A DNA stretch of 64,000 bases from Escherichia coli (GCF_024223415.1 NZ_CP100500.1), one strand, 5' to 3'; positions 21,247 to 32,498 are shown, counted from the stretch's first letter. Numbers and translations are program-made. Notes: generated by a model not told the origin, from the letters alone.

Positions 21247-23471
21247 TATCGTTCTGCCGTGAAAAGTGTTTGAATATCATCGCGTAACAGCTGGGCGTCG
21301 GTGTAAATCCAGCCGTGAGTCATCACAGTCTGCTGCAATTGCTGCTGCATCAGCCTGACCACCGATTCATTTTGTTGACGCAGAGCCAGACTTTCGCGTA
21401 AACGCGTCTGTAATTCCGTCAAACATGAAGCGAACTCAGCGAAAAAAGTATTCATGCCTGCCGTAACAGATTCATCGACCTGCTCTGCCAGAACTTTAGC
21501 CATTTGTTGGCAATAGAGATCGACTTCTGCGCTTAATGCTCGTTGCAACACACTGTAATCAACCGTTTCTGTCGGGGATTTCTCATTCCCCCGTCCCCAG
21601 TCGGGCTGATTCAACCAGCGCGAAAAAGTCTCACGCACAACGCCTAAACGCGTGCTCTGCTCGTCCGTTGCTTCCTGGCGCGAAATGACTTCACTGAACA
21701 GCTGGCGAGTGTTGAAGTGGGGAACTACGCCGTGAAAAACAGGAAAATGAAACCCAAGACGAAACCCTGACTCGCTCAATTCCATTTTGACTTGTTGCTC
21801 AATGGGGCGAATAACATCGGTTAACACCCGGCAAAGGGTGGATTCAAGCTCGGCAAAACGCAGCGTAAAGTCGCGACTGATGGTGTTCTGCGCCGTCTGT
21901 AACAGTGTCTCACAGCGGGTACGAATCTCGCTTAATGACCCCGAATCATCCTGAAACAACGCGGCTAACTGCGCATTCAGCGCATCTTGCTGTTGACGCA
22001 GAAAGTGGTTGGCGGAGGTCAGGGCCAGCTCGATTTCATGTTTAATCTCGCCGCTCACCTGCGCCTGATTGAGTTGCAATAGCTGCAAACTTTCTTCGAC
22101 CTGATGGATATTTTGCCGCAATTGTTCACAAGCGACGTTTAACCCGTGCGCACGAAAATCCAGGTATTCCCGCGCCTGCTGCGCGTAATTCAACAGTTTA
22201 TGCGCGGCAGATCGCAGAGCATACAACGAGGCGTTAGCGTAAGCGGCATGAAGCAACGCCTGAATTGGCTGGGCGAACAGCGAATCTTCCCACAACTGAT
22301 CGGCAGCATGACGAATATGTTCGAGGTCCGCCAGATCGGCATGACGCCAGCGCCTGCCGAGCGCGGCATGGGCAAAATCTTCCACCCAGCGTTGTTGCTC
22401 TGGCGGTGGTAACTTACCGTTGTTGGCTAACTCATGGCGCGCCCGATTCGCCAGGTAGCCCCACATCGACGACACCGGAAATATCTGCTGTGGCGTAATA
22501 CAGCCTTTCATCAGCGTCCCGGAAATCAGTGCCCGCACCTGGTCGGCGTCGTCACTGTTACGATCCTGTTGATCGAACTTATTGACCAGCACATACAGCG
22601 GCACCGATTGCCCCACCGCCAAAATCGCCTCACGGACCTCTTCATCGGAGATCGATTTCAGTTGCGTATAATCCAGCACCGCCAGTACCGCCGAGGCGCG
22701 TGCCAGCTGCTGGTTAAGCATTTTTTGCAGATGCGGTTGCCCGGCTTCATTTGGCCCGGGGGTATCCAGTAACGTCAACTGACCGGGATAACTCTCCAGC
22801 CCCGCCAGATGGACAAACTCCACTTCAATCACGGGAATATGCTCAATGGCGGCGTAAGCAGAAAAAGGAAAATCGACGTCCAGCGCCTTCGCCAGTCGCA
22901 CCAAATCATTCAAACTTTTCAGACAATGAAAAATAGGCTGGGCACCCAGATAATATTTTTCGAAAGCGACGCCATTTTCGATCCGCTGCATAAGCGCACG
23001 CATATCTTTATCTATTTCCAGCACATCGGTCAGATGCTTAATATCGCAATCACGCAGGCGCTGTTGTAATTTTTGAATTAAACAATCGATTGGCGCGACA
23101 TGTGAAAAATGCAGTACCGGTTCTTTTTGCCCGGGTGTATGGCGAATAAGCGTCGGCAGCGCAGTCATTGGGCGATTGCGATTAGGCAGTACCTCCGTAC
23201 CAACAATGGCATTAATGGTGGTTGATTTCCCTGCTTTCATGGTACCGACAATCGCCAGCACCATTTCCAGTCGGGAAATTTTACGCAACTCATTATTCAG
23301 CATCGCGTGACGTTCGGCGATATTAGGCTGACTCCAGGGTAAAGCCCGTTGTGGCGCATCGTCTCCGGGTACAGAGAGAGGCATTTTTTCCAGTAACTGC
23401 AACTGTTGGCGAGAAAGCTGTAACAGGCGTTCAGCCTCCTGACTTAACTCATACAGGGTCTGTGTGTACAT
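21243..23471 (-). CDS. crfC: Dynamin-like GTPase CrfC (YjdA)
   Basis: 742-aa ORF with N-terminal P-loop (GTMKAGKSTT) and long coiled-coil region. Confidence 0.85.
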   Translation of the reverse strand: MYTQTLYELSQEAERLLQLSRQQLQLLEKMPLSVPGDDAPQRALPWSQPNIAERHAMLNNELRKISRLEMVLAIVGTMKAGKSTTINAIVGTEVLPNRNRPMTALPTLIRHTPGQKEPVLHFSHVAPIDCLIQKLQQRLRDCDIKHLTDVLEIDKDMRALMQRIENGVAFEKYYLGAQPIFHCLKSLNDLVRLAKALDVDFPFSAYAAIEHIPVIEVEFVHLAGLESYPGQLTLLDTPGPNEAGQPHLQKMLNQQLARASAVLAVLDYTQLKSISDEEVREAILAVGQSVPLYVLVNKFDQQDRNSDDADQVRALISGTLMKGCITPQQIFPVSSMWGYLANRARHELANNGKLPPPEQQRWVEDFAHAALGRRWRHADLADLEHIRHAADQLWEDSLFAQPIQALLHAAYANASLYALRSAAHKLLNYAQQAREYLDFRAHGLNVACEQLRQNIHQVEESLQLLQLNQAQVSGEIKHEIELALTSANHFLRQQQDALNAQLAALFQDDSGSLSEIRTRCETLLQTAQNTISRDFTLRFAELESTLCRVLTDVIRPIEQQVKMELSESGFRLGFHFPVFHGVVPHFNTRQLFSEVISRQEATDEQSTRLGVVRETFSRWLNQPDWGRGNEKSPTETVDYSVLQRALSAEVDLYCQQMAKVLAEQVDESVTAGMNTFFAEFASCLTELQTRLRESLALRQQNESVVRLMQQQLQQTVMTHGWIYTDAQLLRDDIQTLFTAERY

Positions 23472-23872
23472 AGAAAATTCTTCCTTAAAGCAAATTTTAT
23501 TACTTTTATTTAGCCAGATTGTTTTTGAGTTCTGTTTTCGGCTTTTATAATTACTGCAAGAAATAATTTTATATTTAGAGTGTTGTTTTTTATTAGAATA
23601 AATAACATCTTCCGATACGTTTAAAACGTCAGAAAGATAAAAATATCATGTGAATAAAAAAAAGAACAAGTAGAGCATTAACCTTATCTTAAATAATAAA
23701 TGGAGGCAAAAAGATTATTTTCTTTTTGCGTTTCCTTTCAAATGAAAACGATCGTCGTCTAAAATCAGCAGTACCCCCGACAAACTCAGGGATTTTGTGT
23801 ATAATTGCGGCCTTTTTCGGCAATCTGCCGTTTTTTGGCGCTTTTGCCCTGCTGACTTTTGAGGAAATCCAC

Positions 23873-24208
23873 ATGTCATTACCACACTGCCCAAAATGCA
23901 ACTCCGAATACACCTACGAAGATAACGGCATGTACATCTGCCCGGAATGTGCCTACGAATGGAACGACGCAGAACCTGCACAGGAAAGCGACGAGCTGAT
24001 CGTTAAAGATGCTAACGGCAATCTGCTGGCTGACGGCGACAGCGTTACCATCATTAAAGATCTGAAGGTGAAAGGTAGCTCTTCGATGCTGAAAATTGGC
24101 ACCAAAGTGAAAAACATCCGCCTGGTTGAAGGCGACCATAACATCGATTGCAAAATCGACGGTTTTGGTCCGATGAAACTGAAATCTGAGTTTGTGAAAA
24201 AGAACTGA
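23873..24208 (+). CDS. phnA: Zinc-ribbon protein PhnA (YjdM)
   Basis: ORF 23726..24208; real start at internal [13 protein letters not shown] (111 aa) with CxxC...CxxC motifs. Confidence 0.88.
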
Positions 24209-24221
24209 TTGTATTGTGATC

Positions 24222-24287
24222 GGTAAGCCGGATAAGGCGCTCGCGCCGCATCCGGCAACGGTGCCAGATGCCTGATGCGACGCTTGC
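24222..24287. repeat. REP pair (BIME-like); second REP interrupted by IS150
   Basis: gtaagccggataaggcgctcgcgccgcatccggc and gcctgatgcgacgcttgc immediately abutting the IS end. Confidence 0.5.
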
Positions 24288-25042
<755 letters not shown>

Positions 25043-25146
25043 ATCAGCATACTTGTCCTTAGCCTTCTGCAGTGACAGCTGGTAGTACAGCGTGCTTCTG
25101 GCCAGCCCTGCAGCCTTTAACAGGTCAGACTGGCAGTGTCCGCACT

Positions 25147-25677
25147 TCAGGCTCTGGATGACTTTCGTTTTTTCTCCAGCTCCTGGCGCTTTTTTTCCAG
25201 GAGATGCTCCTGCATGGCTTTCAGATATGCATTTTCTGCGCGAAGATAACGCAGCTCATTCTTCATCTCTTCCGGCGTCATGTTTGCCTCGTTTTCATGG
25301 GTATCATCAGAACGGGTCATGCTTTTCTCCTTCCTGCGCCTGATAAAGGCCTCATTACCAGATTTGCGGTAGCCTTTTATCCAGTTTTTAACCATGTTGT
25401 GGCTGGGAATGTTAAACCGGGCAGCTACCCGGGGTAGAGACTCAGAATGCCCGAGAGCATAAAGAACCACGCAAAGTTTATCTTCAGGAGAATAGCTACG
25501 CTTGTGTCTGCAATCCAGTGCCTGAGGACCGTGAAGAAGAAAAAGATTAATCCAGTGTGAGAGGCTGGTGTGAGAAAGTTGAAAGAGTTTTGCCGTAGAA
25601 ATGATGCCTGCATGACCGGCCAGGTAATGATTTACAGCGGCAAGTTTTACTTCAAATGAATGTTTCATAAACTGCAC
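25147..25677 (-). CDS. insJ: IS150 OrfA (InsJ), HTH protein
   Basis: 176-aa ORF, recognised IS150 InsJ sequence. Confidence 0.9.
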   Translation of the reverse strand: MQFMKHSFEVKLAAVNHYLAGHAGIISTAKLFQLSHTSLSHWINLFLLHGPQALDCRHKRSYSPEDKLCVVLYALGHSESLPRVAARFNIPSHNMVKNWIKGYRKSGNEAFIRRRKEKSMTRSDDTHENEANMTPEEMKNELRYLRAENAYLKAMQEHLLEKKRQELEKKRKSSRA

Positions 25678-25719
25678 CTTCAGATGTCAGATTATGTCCA
25701 ACATTTGGGGTGCAGTTCA

Positions 25720-25855
25720 TGGTGCGTCTTATCAGGCCTACGTCAGACAGCGCAATAGCCTGATTTAGCGTGATTTTGTAGGTCGGATAAGGCGTTTACG
25801 CCGCATCCGACATCAACGCCTGATGCGACGCTTAACGCGTCTTATCAGGCCTACC
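25720..25855. repeat. Cluster of REP elements (BIME)
   Basis: Three REP-like palindromes (gcgtcttatcaggcctac; gtaggtcggataaggcgtttacgccgcatccgac; gcctgatgcgacgcttaacgcgtcttatcaggcctac) between IS150 and yjcO. Confidence 0.5.
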
Positions 25856-26545
25856 TTAACCGTTAGTTAATTTTTCAAACTCTTCACACCCGGTATCAAA
25901 CCCTTCCATACAGCTCAGGTTCAACCAGTGCAGCGCCTTTTGCTTGTTCTTCTCGATAAAACCTTCTTCACCGTTTAAGAACATCATTCCCGCCCAGTAC
26001 TCGGAATAACCGGTTCGGGAAATTGCAGAGCTGCGTTTGAAATACCAGGTTGCCTTGTCATCGTCGGCCTTAATGCCCACGCCGTTGGCGTAAATCAAAC
26101 CAAGCAGCATTTGGGCATCGACGGCAGAGTCGTTCTCCAGATCTTCCGAGGCGTTTTCTAACAGCGAAATCGCCTTTGGATAATCCGGTTTACCCGCTTG
26201 AGTATTTACCAGAATATGCGCCAGCGTTACTTCACCTTCTTTACTGCCCGCTTGCGCCGCTTTCTCTGCAAGAACTTTTGCTTGTGGATAGTCCAGACTG
26301 ACCGGATTGGTGATTTTGATCTACGCCAACAGCGCGCAGGCATCAGCATCACCGCTGTCGGCGGCTTTCTGTGCCCAATATTCGGCTTTGCTCAAATCGC
26401 CGGAGCTAAACCAGCTGTCGGCAAGAAAATATTGTGCGCGTCGGTCCCCGGCCTCTGCTGCCTTTAAATACTGGCTGCCAGGCTCGGAGTCGTTGGCGTG
26501 GGCAAAGAATGTCAAAAACAACATCAATGCGATAATTTTTTTCAT
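25856..26545 (-). pseudogene. yjcO: Sel1-repeat protein YjcO with an in-frame amber stop
   Basis: ORFs 26321..26545 (N-terminal, signal peptide) and 25856..26110 are in the same frame; hand translation of 26111-26320 gives continuous YjcO sequence (IKITNPVSLDYPQAKVLAEK...) with TAG at 26321-26323 as the only interruption. Confidence 0.75.
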
Positions 26546-26591
26546 TTTGATAATACGATTGGGTAGGGAGTAACCAGTATAAAGAGTTCGA

Positions 26592-26625
26592 ATGGATAAA
26601 AAAACAGCCTCCGAAAGGAGGCTGT
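26592..26625 (-). terminator. Rho-independent terminator of fdhF
   Basis: Hairpin cagcctcc-gaaa-ggaggctg followed on the minus strand by a T7 run, 15 bp after the fdhF stop. Confidence 0.6.
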
Positions 26626-26638
26626 AGAAAGGACTGTA

Positions 26639-28786
26639 TTACGCCAGTGCCGCTTCGCGCAGGCGAGTTTTCAACTTGTTGTACTCGTCAATCACGTACT
26701 GCTCGGCGGCGCGCTGATCGGCGATCGGCTCGACGCGCACGGCGCAGTATTTGTATTCCGGCGTTTTCGTAATCGGGCTTAAGTTTTCGGTAACCAGCTC
26801 GTTACAGGCACCAATCCACCACTGGTAGGTCATATAAATCGCCCCTTTGTTCGGACGATCGCTGACCTGCGCACGGGTGATAATTTTGCCTTTACGCGAG
26901 TGCACCCAAACCAATGCCTCATCTTCAATACCCAGACGTTTGGCGTCTTCGGTATTGATTTGTGCGTAGCCAGGTTCATCCGCCAGCGCCGCCAGTGCCG
27001 CACAGTTACCGGTCATCGAACGGCAAGAGTAGTGACCAACTTCACGCACCGTTGACAGTACCATCGGGTACTCGTCGGTGAGTTTGTCGATTGGCGCTAC
27101 CCAGTCGCAGGTGAAGAACTGCGCCAGACCGTTCGGGGTATCAAACTTCTCTTTAAACAGATAAGAAGTCCCCTGATCGGCATCTGAAGTATCGCGGCAA
27201 GGCCACTGAATGAAGCCCAGTTCGCCCATTTTCTCGTAAGTCGCACCGTAGAAATCCGGGCACAGATGACGCAACTCATCCCAGATCTCCTGGGTGTTGT
27301 TGTAGTGCATCGGATAACCCATACGGGTGGCGATTTCACTGATGATTTGCCAGTCCGTTTTCAGATCCCATTTCGGTTCAACTGCTTTGAAGAAACGCTG
27401 GAAGCCACGGTCAGCCGCAGTAAACACGCCTTCATGCTCGCCCCACGACGTTGACGGTAAAATAACATCCGCCGCCGACGCGGTTTTGGTCATAAAGATG
27501 TCCTGAACGATAACCAGTTCCAGATCTTCAAAGGCTTTACGTACTGCCGACAGCTCCGCGTCAGTTTGTAGCGGATCTTCGCCCATAATGTACGCGGCAC
27601 GCACTTCGCCATGCGCTGCGCGGTGCGGCAGCTCGCTGATGCGATAACCGGTATGAGCAGGCAGGCTTTCCACGCCCCAGGCTTTGGCGAATTTCTCGCG
27701 GTTAGCCGGATCTTTCACGTACTGGTATCCCGGATACGTATCCGGCAGCGCGCCCATATCGCAGGCACCCTGCACGTTGTTCTGACCACGAACCGGGTTT
27801 ACACCCGCATGCGGCTTACCGAGGTTACCGGTCAGCATCGCGAGGCTGGTCAGAGAACGCACGGTTTCCACGCCCTGGTAGAACTGGGTTACACCCATGC
27901 CCCACAGGATGGCGGCGCTTTTCGCCTGGGCATACATCCGTGCCGCCTGACGAATCTCACTGGCGCTGACGCCGGTGATATCTTCAACCGACTCCGGCGT
28001 GTAGCCTTCAACGATTTTACGATACTCTTCAAAGCCTTCTGTACGTGAAGCGACGAACGCTTTGTCGTACAGATTTTCTTCAATAATGACATGGCCCATC
28101 GCATTCAACAGCGCGATGTTCGAGCCGTTTTTCAGTGCAATGTGCATGTCAGCAATGCGCGCGGTTTCAATTTTGCGCGGATCGCAGACGATAATTTTCG
28201 CCCCGTTACGTTTAGCGTTAATTACGTGATTCGCCACGATTGGGTGGGAATCCGCCGGGTTGTACCCGAAAACGAACACTAAATCGGTATTATCAATTTC
28301 GTTAATAGCATTGCTCATTGCGCCATTACCGACCGATTGGTGCAGACCTGCAACCGATGGGCCGTGTCAGACACGAGCGCAGCAGTCAACGTTATTGGTA
28401 CCAATAACGGCGCGCGCAAATTTTTGCATTACATAGTTGGTTTCGTTACCCGTACCACGCGAGGAGCCGGTCGTCTGGATGGCATCCGGACCGTACTTCT
28501 CTTTGATGGCGCTCAGGCGCTCGGCAACGTAATTCAGTGCCTCATCCCAGGAAACAGGTTCGAGTTTGCCGCCACGCTGGCGACGGATCATGGGGGTTTT
28601 CAGGCGCGGGGTCAGGATCTGGGTATCGTTAATGAAATCCCAGCCATAATAACCCTTCAGACACAGGGTACCCTGGTTGGTTTTCCCCTGCGCTGCCTCC
28701 GCCCGGACGATTTTGCCGTTATCGACGACCAGGTTGATTTTGCAACCTGATGCGCAATAGGGGCAAACCGTGACGACTTTTTTCAT
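26639..28786 (-). CDS. fdhF: Formate dehydrogenase H (selenocysteine at codon 140)
   Basis: ORFs 28367..28786 and 26639..28318 are one frame separated by TGA at 28367-28369; N-terminal Cys cluster (CPYCASGC), molybdopterin oxidoreductase domains; 716 codons total. Confidence 0.93.
28324..28366 (-). other. SECIS element (selenocysteine insertion stem-loop) directly 3' of the fdhF UGA
   Basis: mRNA sequence UGA-CACGGCCCAUCGGUUGCAGGUCUGCACCAAUCGGUCGGUAAUGGCG matches the classical fdhF SECIS hairpin. Confidence 0.8.
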
Positions 28787-28836
28787 CGGTCTCGCTCCAG
28801 TTAATCAAATCACGCATACGCGCTCTCGACTACAGT

Positions 28837-28854
28837 ATGCATCTTTTATGCCAC
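28837..28854 (-). promoter_or_regulatory. sigma54-type -24/-12 promoter of fdhF
   Basis: Minus-strand TGGCAT-aaaag-ATGCA (GG-N10-GC spacing) about 50 bp upstream of the fdhF start. Confidence 0.6.
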
Positions 28855-28914
28855 ATTTTATTTGGGGTCATTCCCTGATATTACGGGCACTATTTATTCA
28901 AAACTCTGACGAAA

Positions 28915-28960
28915 AACAGGCTGTCGTCAGTTTTGACGTGACGAAACGAAATACCGCGTG
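28915..28960. promoter_or_regulatory. Candidate FhlA upstream activating sequence for fdhF
   Basis: ctgtcgtcagttttgacgtgacgaaacg with TCGTCA/TGACG half-site repeats about 100 bp upstream of the sigma54 promoter. Confidence 0.4.
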
Positions 28961-28983
28961 ACGGCCATCACGCGGCAGACATT

Positions 28984-30450
28984 TTATTTTTTCTCGACGA
29001 CGGGAGCCGCCTGATACCCGCCGCCCAGCGATTTCATCAACTGAATGCTTTGGATCACCCGGCGGCTGTCCAGCATCAGTAATGACATCTCTTCGGCAAG
29101 CACCGGCAACCGGGCTTCGGTAGCCTGTAAGCGGCTGGTTAAGCCGCGCTGATAGGCGGCCTCGGCAGCGCGCTGGGTGAAGCGCGTTGCTTCCACGCGT
29201 TCAGCCTGCATCTCTCGCTCGTCGTTGAGCGTTTGCAGACGCGTGCCGTTGACGGCAACGTCACGCACCGCGTTCAGTACTGACTGGTTGTAACGTTCAA
29301 TCATCATGTTGCTGGCGGCGCGCGTGCCTTCGAGATTGGCATTCAACCGTCCACCGTCAAACAGCGGCAATTTCAGACCCGGGATAAAGTTGAACTGGCG
29401 ACTGGTTTTTTTGAATAAGGTATCCAGGTGGATGGCATCAAGGCCGAAAAACGCTTTGATATCAAAGCTCGGGTAGAACAGCGCCCGCGCGGAATCCACC
29501 TGATCTAATGACGCCTGAACATACCAGCGCATGGCTTGCAGATCCGGGCGTCTGGCGAGCAACTCATAAGAGAGCGTCGCCGGAATGCCGGTCTGTACTT
29601 GCGGTAATGCCACCGCTTTGATCTCCGGCATATCGCTGGCTCCCGCGCCAATCAATGCACGCAGGGATTCTCGCGTTTCGGTGATTTGCCCTTTAACGGC
29701 AGCAATTTGTTTATCGACCGCCAGAATCTGTGCCCGCGCGCCGTGGAAAGGCACTTGCGCTTCCAGACCGTGCGCCACTTTACTTTGGTGCGCTTTCACC
29801 GCGTAATCAATCACATCGCGAGTTTGTTCTAACAGATCGAGCATCTGATAGCTGGCCTGCATACTGTAATAAAGCTGCGCTACGCCCGTGGTCAGCGATA
29901 GCTCTACTGCTGCGGTTTCTGCCAGCGCGGCATTATGCGCGCCAATGGCGGCGGCAACCGCTGAGCGATGCACACCCCACAAATCAAGATCCAGTCCGGC
30001 AAACAAACCTACTGTGGCTTCCGTATAGTACGGCCCGTCCATACCCAGTGCTGGCGCATCCATCGCATAAGGGCTTAAAAAGCCGTTCGCCGAGACGCGT
30101 TGGCGGTTGAGCATCCCTAACGCTGCGACCTGTAATTGTGAACCGGCATCTAACAAATCGGCCTGGGACTGCGCTTTTTCTTCCCGCAGTTTCGCTTCGG
30201 CGAGGGTGTGTGAACCACTTAGCGTCCGTTGGATCAGCGCATCCAGCTGCGGGTCATTGAGTTGTTTCCACCACTGCGCCTGCGGCCAGCCGGAGCTGGC
30301 AAGATGAATATCATCGGCCAGTTTGATTTGTTCCGGTTTGAGCTGTTGATTAGGCGCAGAATCCTTGCGTACCAGGGCACAGCCGGAAATCAGCGTCGTG
30401 CTGCCGAGAATGCTGCACAACAGCAGACGTGAAAGTTGACGATTGATCAT
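28984..30450 (-). CDS. mdtP: Outer membrane efflux channel MdtP (TolC-like)
   Basis: 488-aa ORF with lipoprotein signal peptide (LISGCAL) and OEP repeats; 4-bp overlap with mdtO. Confidence 0.9.
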   Translation of the reverse strand: MINRQLSRLLLCSILGSTTLISGCALVRKDSAPNQQLKPEQIKLADDIHLASSGWPQAQWWKQLNDPQLDALIQRTLSGSHTLAEAKLREEKAQSQADLLDAGSQLQVAALGMLNRQRVSANGFLSPYAMDAPALGMDGPYYTEATVGLFAGLDLDLWGVHRSAVAAAIGAHNAALAETAAVELSLTTGVAQLYYSMQASYQMLDLLEQTRDVIDYAVKAHQSKVAHGLEAQVPFHGARAQILAVDKQIAAVKGQITETRESLRALIGAGASDMPEIKAVALPQVQTGIPATLSYELLARRPDLQAMRWYVQASLDQVDSARALFYPSFDIKAFFGLDAIHLDTLFKKTSRQFNFIPGLKLPLFDGGRLNANLEGTRAASNMMIERYNQSVLNAVRDVAVNGTRLQTLNDEREMQAERVEATRFTQRAAEAAYQRGLTSRLQATEARLPVLAEEMSLLMLDSRRVIQSIQLMKSLGGGYQAAPVVEKK

Positions 30451-32498
30451 TGCGTGGCTCCTTGTGCCTGTTCCGTGGCGGGCGTTAATGCCGGGGCTGT
30501 CCAGTCTGGCAAGCGGGCGAAAAGCTGGCAGACGTGTTGCTCCTGTTTTAATAAGGTGGGCAGGATGGCCTGCGAGGCGGGTGTCTCTTCAAGCGTTATT
30601 TGAGGAGAACGGCTGAGTGCGGTTGCCAGACCGGCAGCGTATTTTTCCAGAGCGTCGGCAAACTGACCTGCTCTGTCCGGCTGTAGTGCGTTATCCAGCG
30701 CCTGCGCCGAGTTCCAGGTGGCATCCCAGGCGTGAAGAAGATCGCGGCCCTGACGAATAACCGTTTGCGAACGTTCAATCAGTAAGGCGCGTTCTTCGCT
30801 GTCCAGTTGACGCTCCAGCGCCACGCGTTGGCACATCTCTTCACAGGCATTAAACGCCGCATGCAGACCTATACGAATTTGCAGATAAGTGCGCAGAGCC
30901 GTGACTTCCTGCTGGCGTGGGATCCGCATTACTTTACTTAGCATACCCAGCGCACCGGCCAGTTTTTGCGGCAGCGTGCGCGCTTCACTTTCAGGCCAGA
31001 CAAAGGTGTAAATCACCGCAGACACCACGGTACCAATGATGATACCCAGGGCGCGATCGCGAATTTCCACCAGGTCGTACACCGGACCAAAAACGTTTTC
31101 GAGCGTGGCGAGCGCGAAGGTGACCACCATCTGTGTGCCGATATAAGAAGAGCGTTCAGAGCTGGTGGCAATCCATGCGCCCAACAGGAAAATCGGTGCC
31201 AGCACAAACAGCAATTCGACAATATTGTCCAGCCAGGGCATGACCAGTAGCGTGAATAACAGCGCCAGAATCGCGCCGCAAAAGGCCCCGCCAAAACGCA
31301 GCACCATCTTCTGGTACGATGAACCGACATTCGGATTAGCGACGATCACGCAGGTCAGCATACAGGTGTGAATGCCTTCCCAGTCCACGCCGCTGTAGAA
31401 GGTGTAACAGATCAAACAGGCGAGCAGCGTTTTTACCGCGTAGCGCATATAGTCTGGATTGGTAAAAGCATCGGCGGCCATTGATGGCGGTTTGGCTGCG
31501 GGCGTTGGCGGCGTATTCGGGTCCATCTGACCCAGTTGTAACAACGTCTGGCAGATATTCTCCAGGTTACATTCCCGTGCCGCCATCGCTTCACTTTCAC
31601 TGATCCGCCAGTCGCTTTGCCAGCACTGACCTTCGGTAATGGCATGCTGCAGCTTGTTGATTTCTGAAGCTAATTTTTGTCGGAATTCAATAATTGCCTG
31701 AGAATCAGCAAAAGAGGTGGGATCGTAGCGATTCAGTGTCGAGTAAATGTAGGTTACCGTTGCCACGCAGCTTTGCCACCATGCACTCTGGGTTCGCCAG
31801 TTGGCATCGTCCGCGAGGCAAAAGACATTGAGTTTTTGCAGCGCCAGCGCCTCTCTTTCAATCCGCGTTTCGGGTAGCGGTGCGAGGCTGTCCGTCAGGT
31901 GGCTAATGGCATCATCAAGCCGATCATTAAGCACCTGATGCATTTGCGTAATGGCACGACTGGGAAACCACAGTACGCCGATTAACGTCATTAATAACGT
32001 CGGGTAGAGGCCAACAACGATACACCACAGCGTTAAGCGCACGACCACTTCTGGATAGTCGAGCATGGCGGGGAAGGTTTGCCCGTAAATAGCGACAATG
32101 GCGACGGCGAAAAAGACCAGCCCCAACCGATGGGTGCGCATCAAAAACATGCAGCCCATCAGGATCGGTCCGGCGATGATCAATCGGATCAACGGTTCGC
32201 CGTATGACCATTTGTAGATCAAAAACAGGCTGCCGATCTCCAGCACCGTGGCAACCACAAACAAGATCGCGACAAATTTGGTGTAAAACGCGTTCGACTG
32301 AATACCGTAAAATAGCACTGCCAGCGATAACGCCACAAAAGGGATCTCAAAAGTCATCGAGATCAGAATCACCAGCAGGCAGCCTACCCAGAGTTGCACG
32401 GTCTGCGGCACGCGACCTGGTCGCCGCTCGCTTAACTCTTCATGAAAGAACGCCAGCAGCCTGACCACCGGTAATGGCAGGGAGTTGAGCGCGCTCAT
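30447..32498 (-). CDS. mdtO: Efflux pump membrane component MdtO
   Basis: 683-aa ORF with two hydrophobic blocks; 1-bp overlap with mdtN. Confidence 0.9.
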   Translation of the reverse strand: MSALNSLPLPVVRLLAFFHEELSERRPGRVPQTVQLWVGCLLVILISMTFEIPFVALSLAVLFYGIQSNAFYTKFVAILFVVATVLEIGSLFLIYKWSYGEPLIRLIIAGPILMGCMFLMRTHRLGLVFFAVAIVAIYGQTFPAMLDYPEVVVRLTLWCIVVGLYPTLLMTLIGVLWFPSRAITQMHQVLNDRLDDAISHLTDSLAPLPETRIEREALALQKLNVFCLADDANWRTQSAWWQSCVATVTYIYSTLNRYDPTSFADSQAIIEFRQKLASEINKLQHAITEGQCWQSDWRISESEAMAARECNLENICQTLLQLGQMDPNTPPTPAAKPPSMAADAFTNPDYMRYAVKTLLACLICYTFYSGVDWEGIHTCMLTCVIVANPNVGSSYQKMVLRFGGAFCGAILALLFTLLVMPWLDNIVELLFVLAPIFLLGAWIATSSERSSYIGTQMVVTFALATLENVFGPVYDLVEIRDRALGIIIGTVVSAVIYTFVWPESEARTLPQKLAGALGMLSKVMRIPRQQEVTALRTYLQIRIGLHAAFNACEEMCQRVALERQLDSEERALLIERSQTVIRQGRDLLHAWDATWNSAQALDNALQPDRAGQFADALEKYAAGLATALSRSPQITLEETPASQAILPTLLKQEQHVCQLFARLPDWTAPALTPATEQAQGATQ

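Noticed and set aside
23726..24208. 160-aa ORF suggesting a long N-terminal extension of PhnA
   Set aside because: The first 49 codons are translation of the AT-rich upstream region from a non-ATG codon; the real protein starts at MSLPHCPKC (23873).
25856..26545. Two adjacent Sel1-repeat ORFs (84 aa and 74 aa) as two separate small genes
   Set aside because: Same reading frame, separated only by a TAG codon, and together colinear with one YjcO protein; treated as one gene with a nonsense codon.
28367..28786. 139-aa ORF that looks like a separate small Cys-rich gene
   Set aside because: It is the N-terminus of fdhF, terminated in the track only because the selenocysteine UGA was read as a stop.
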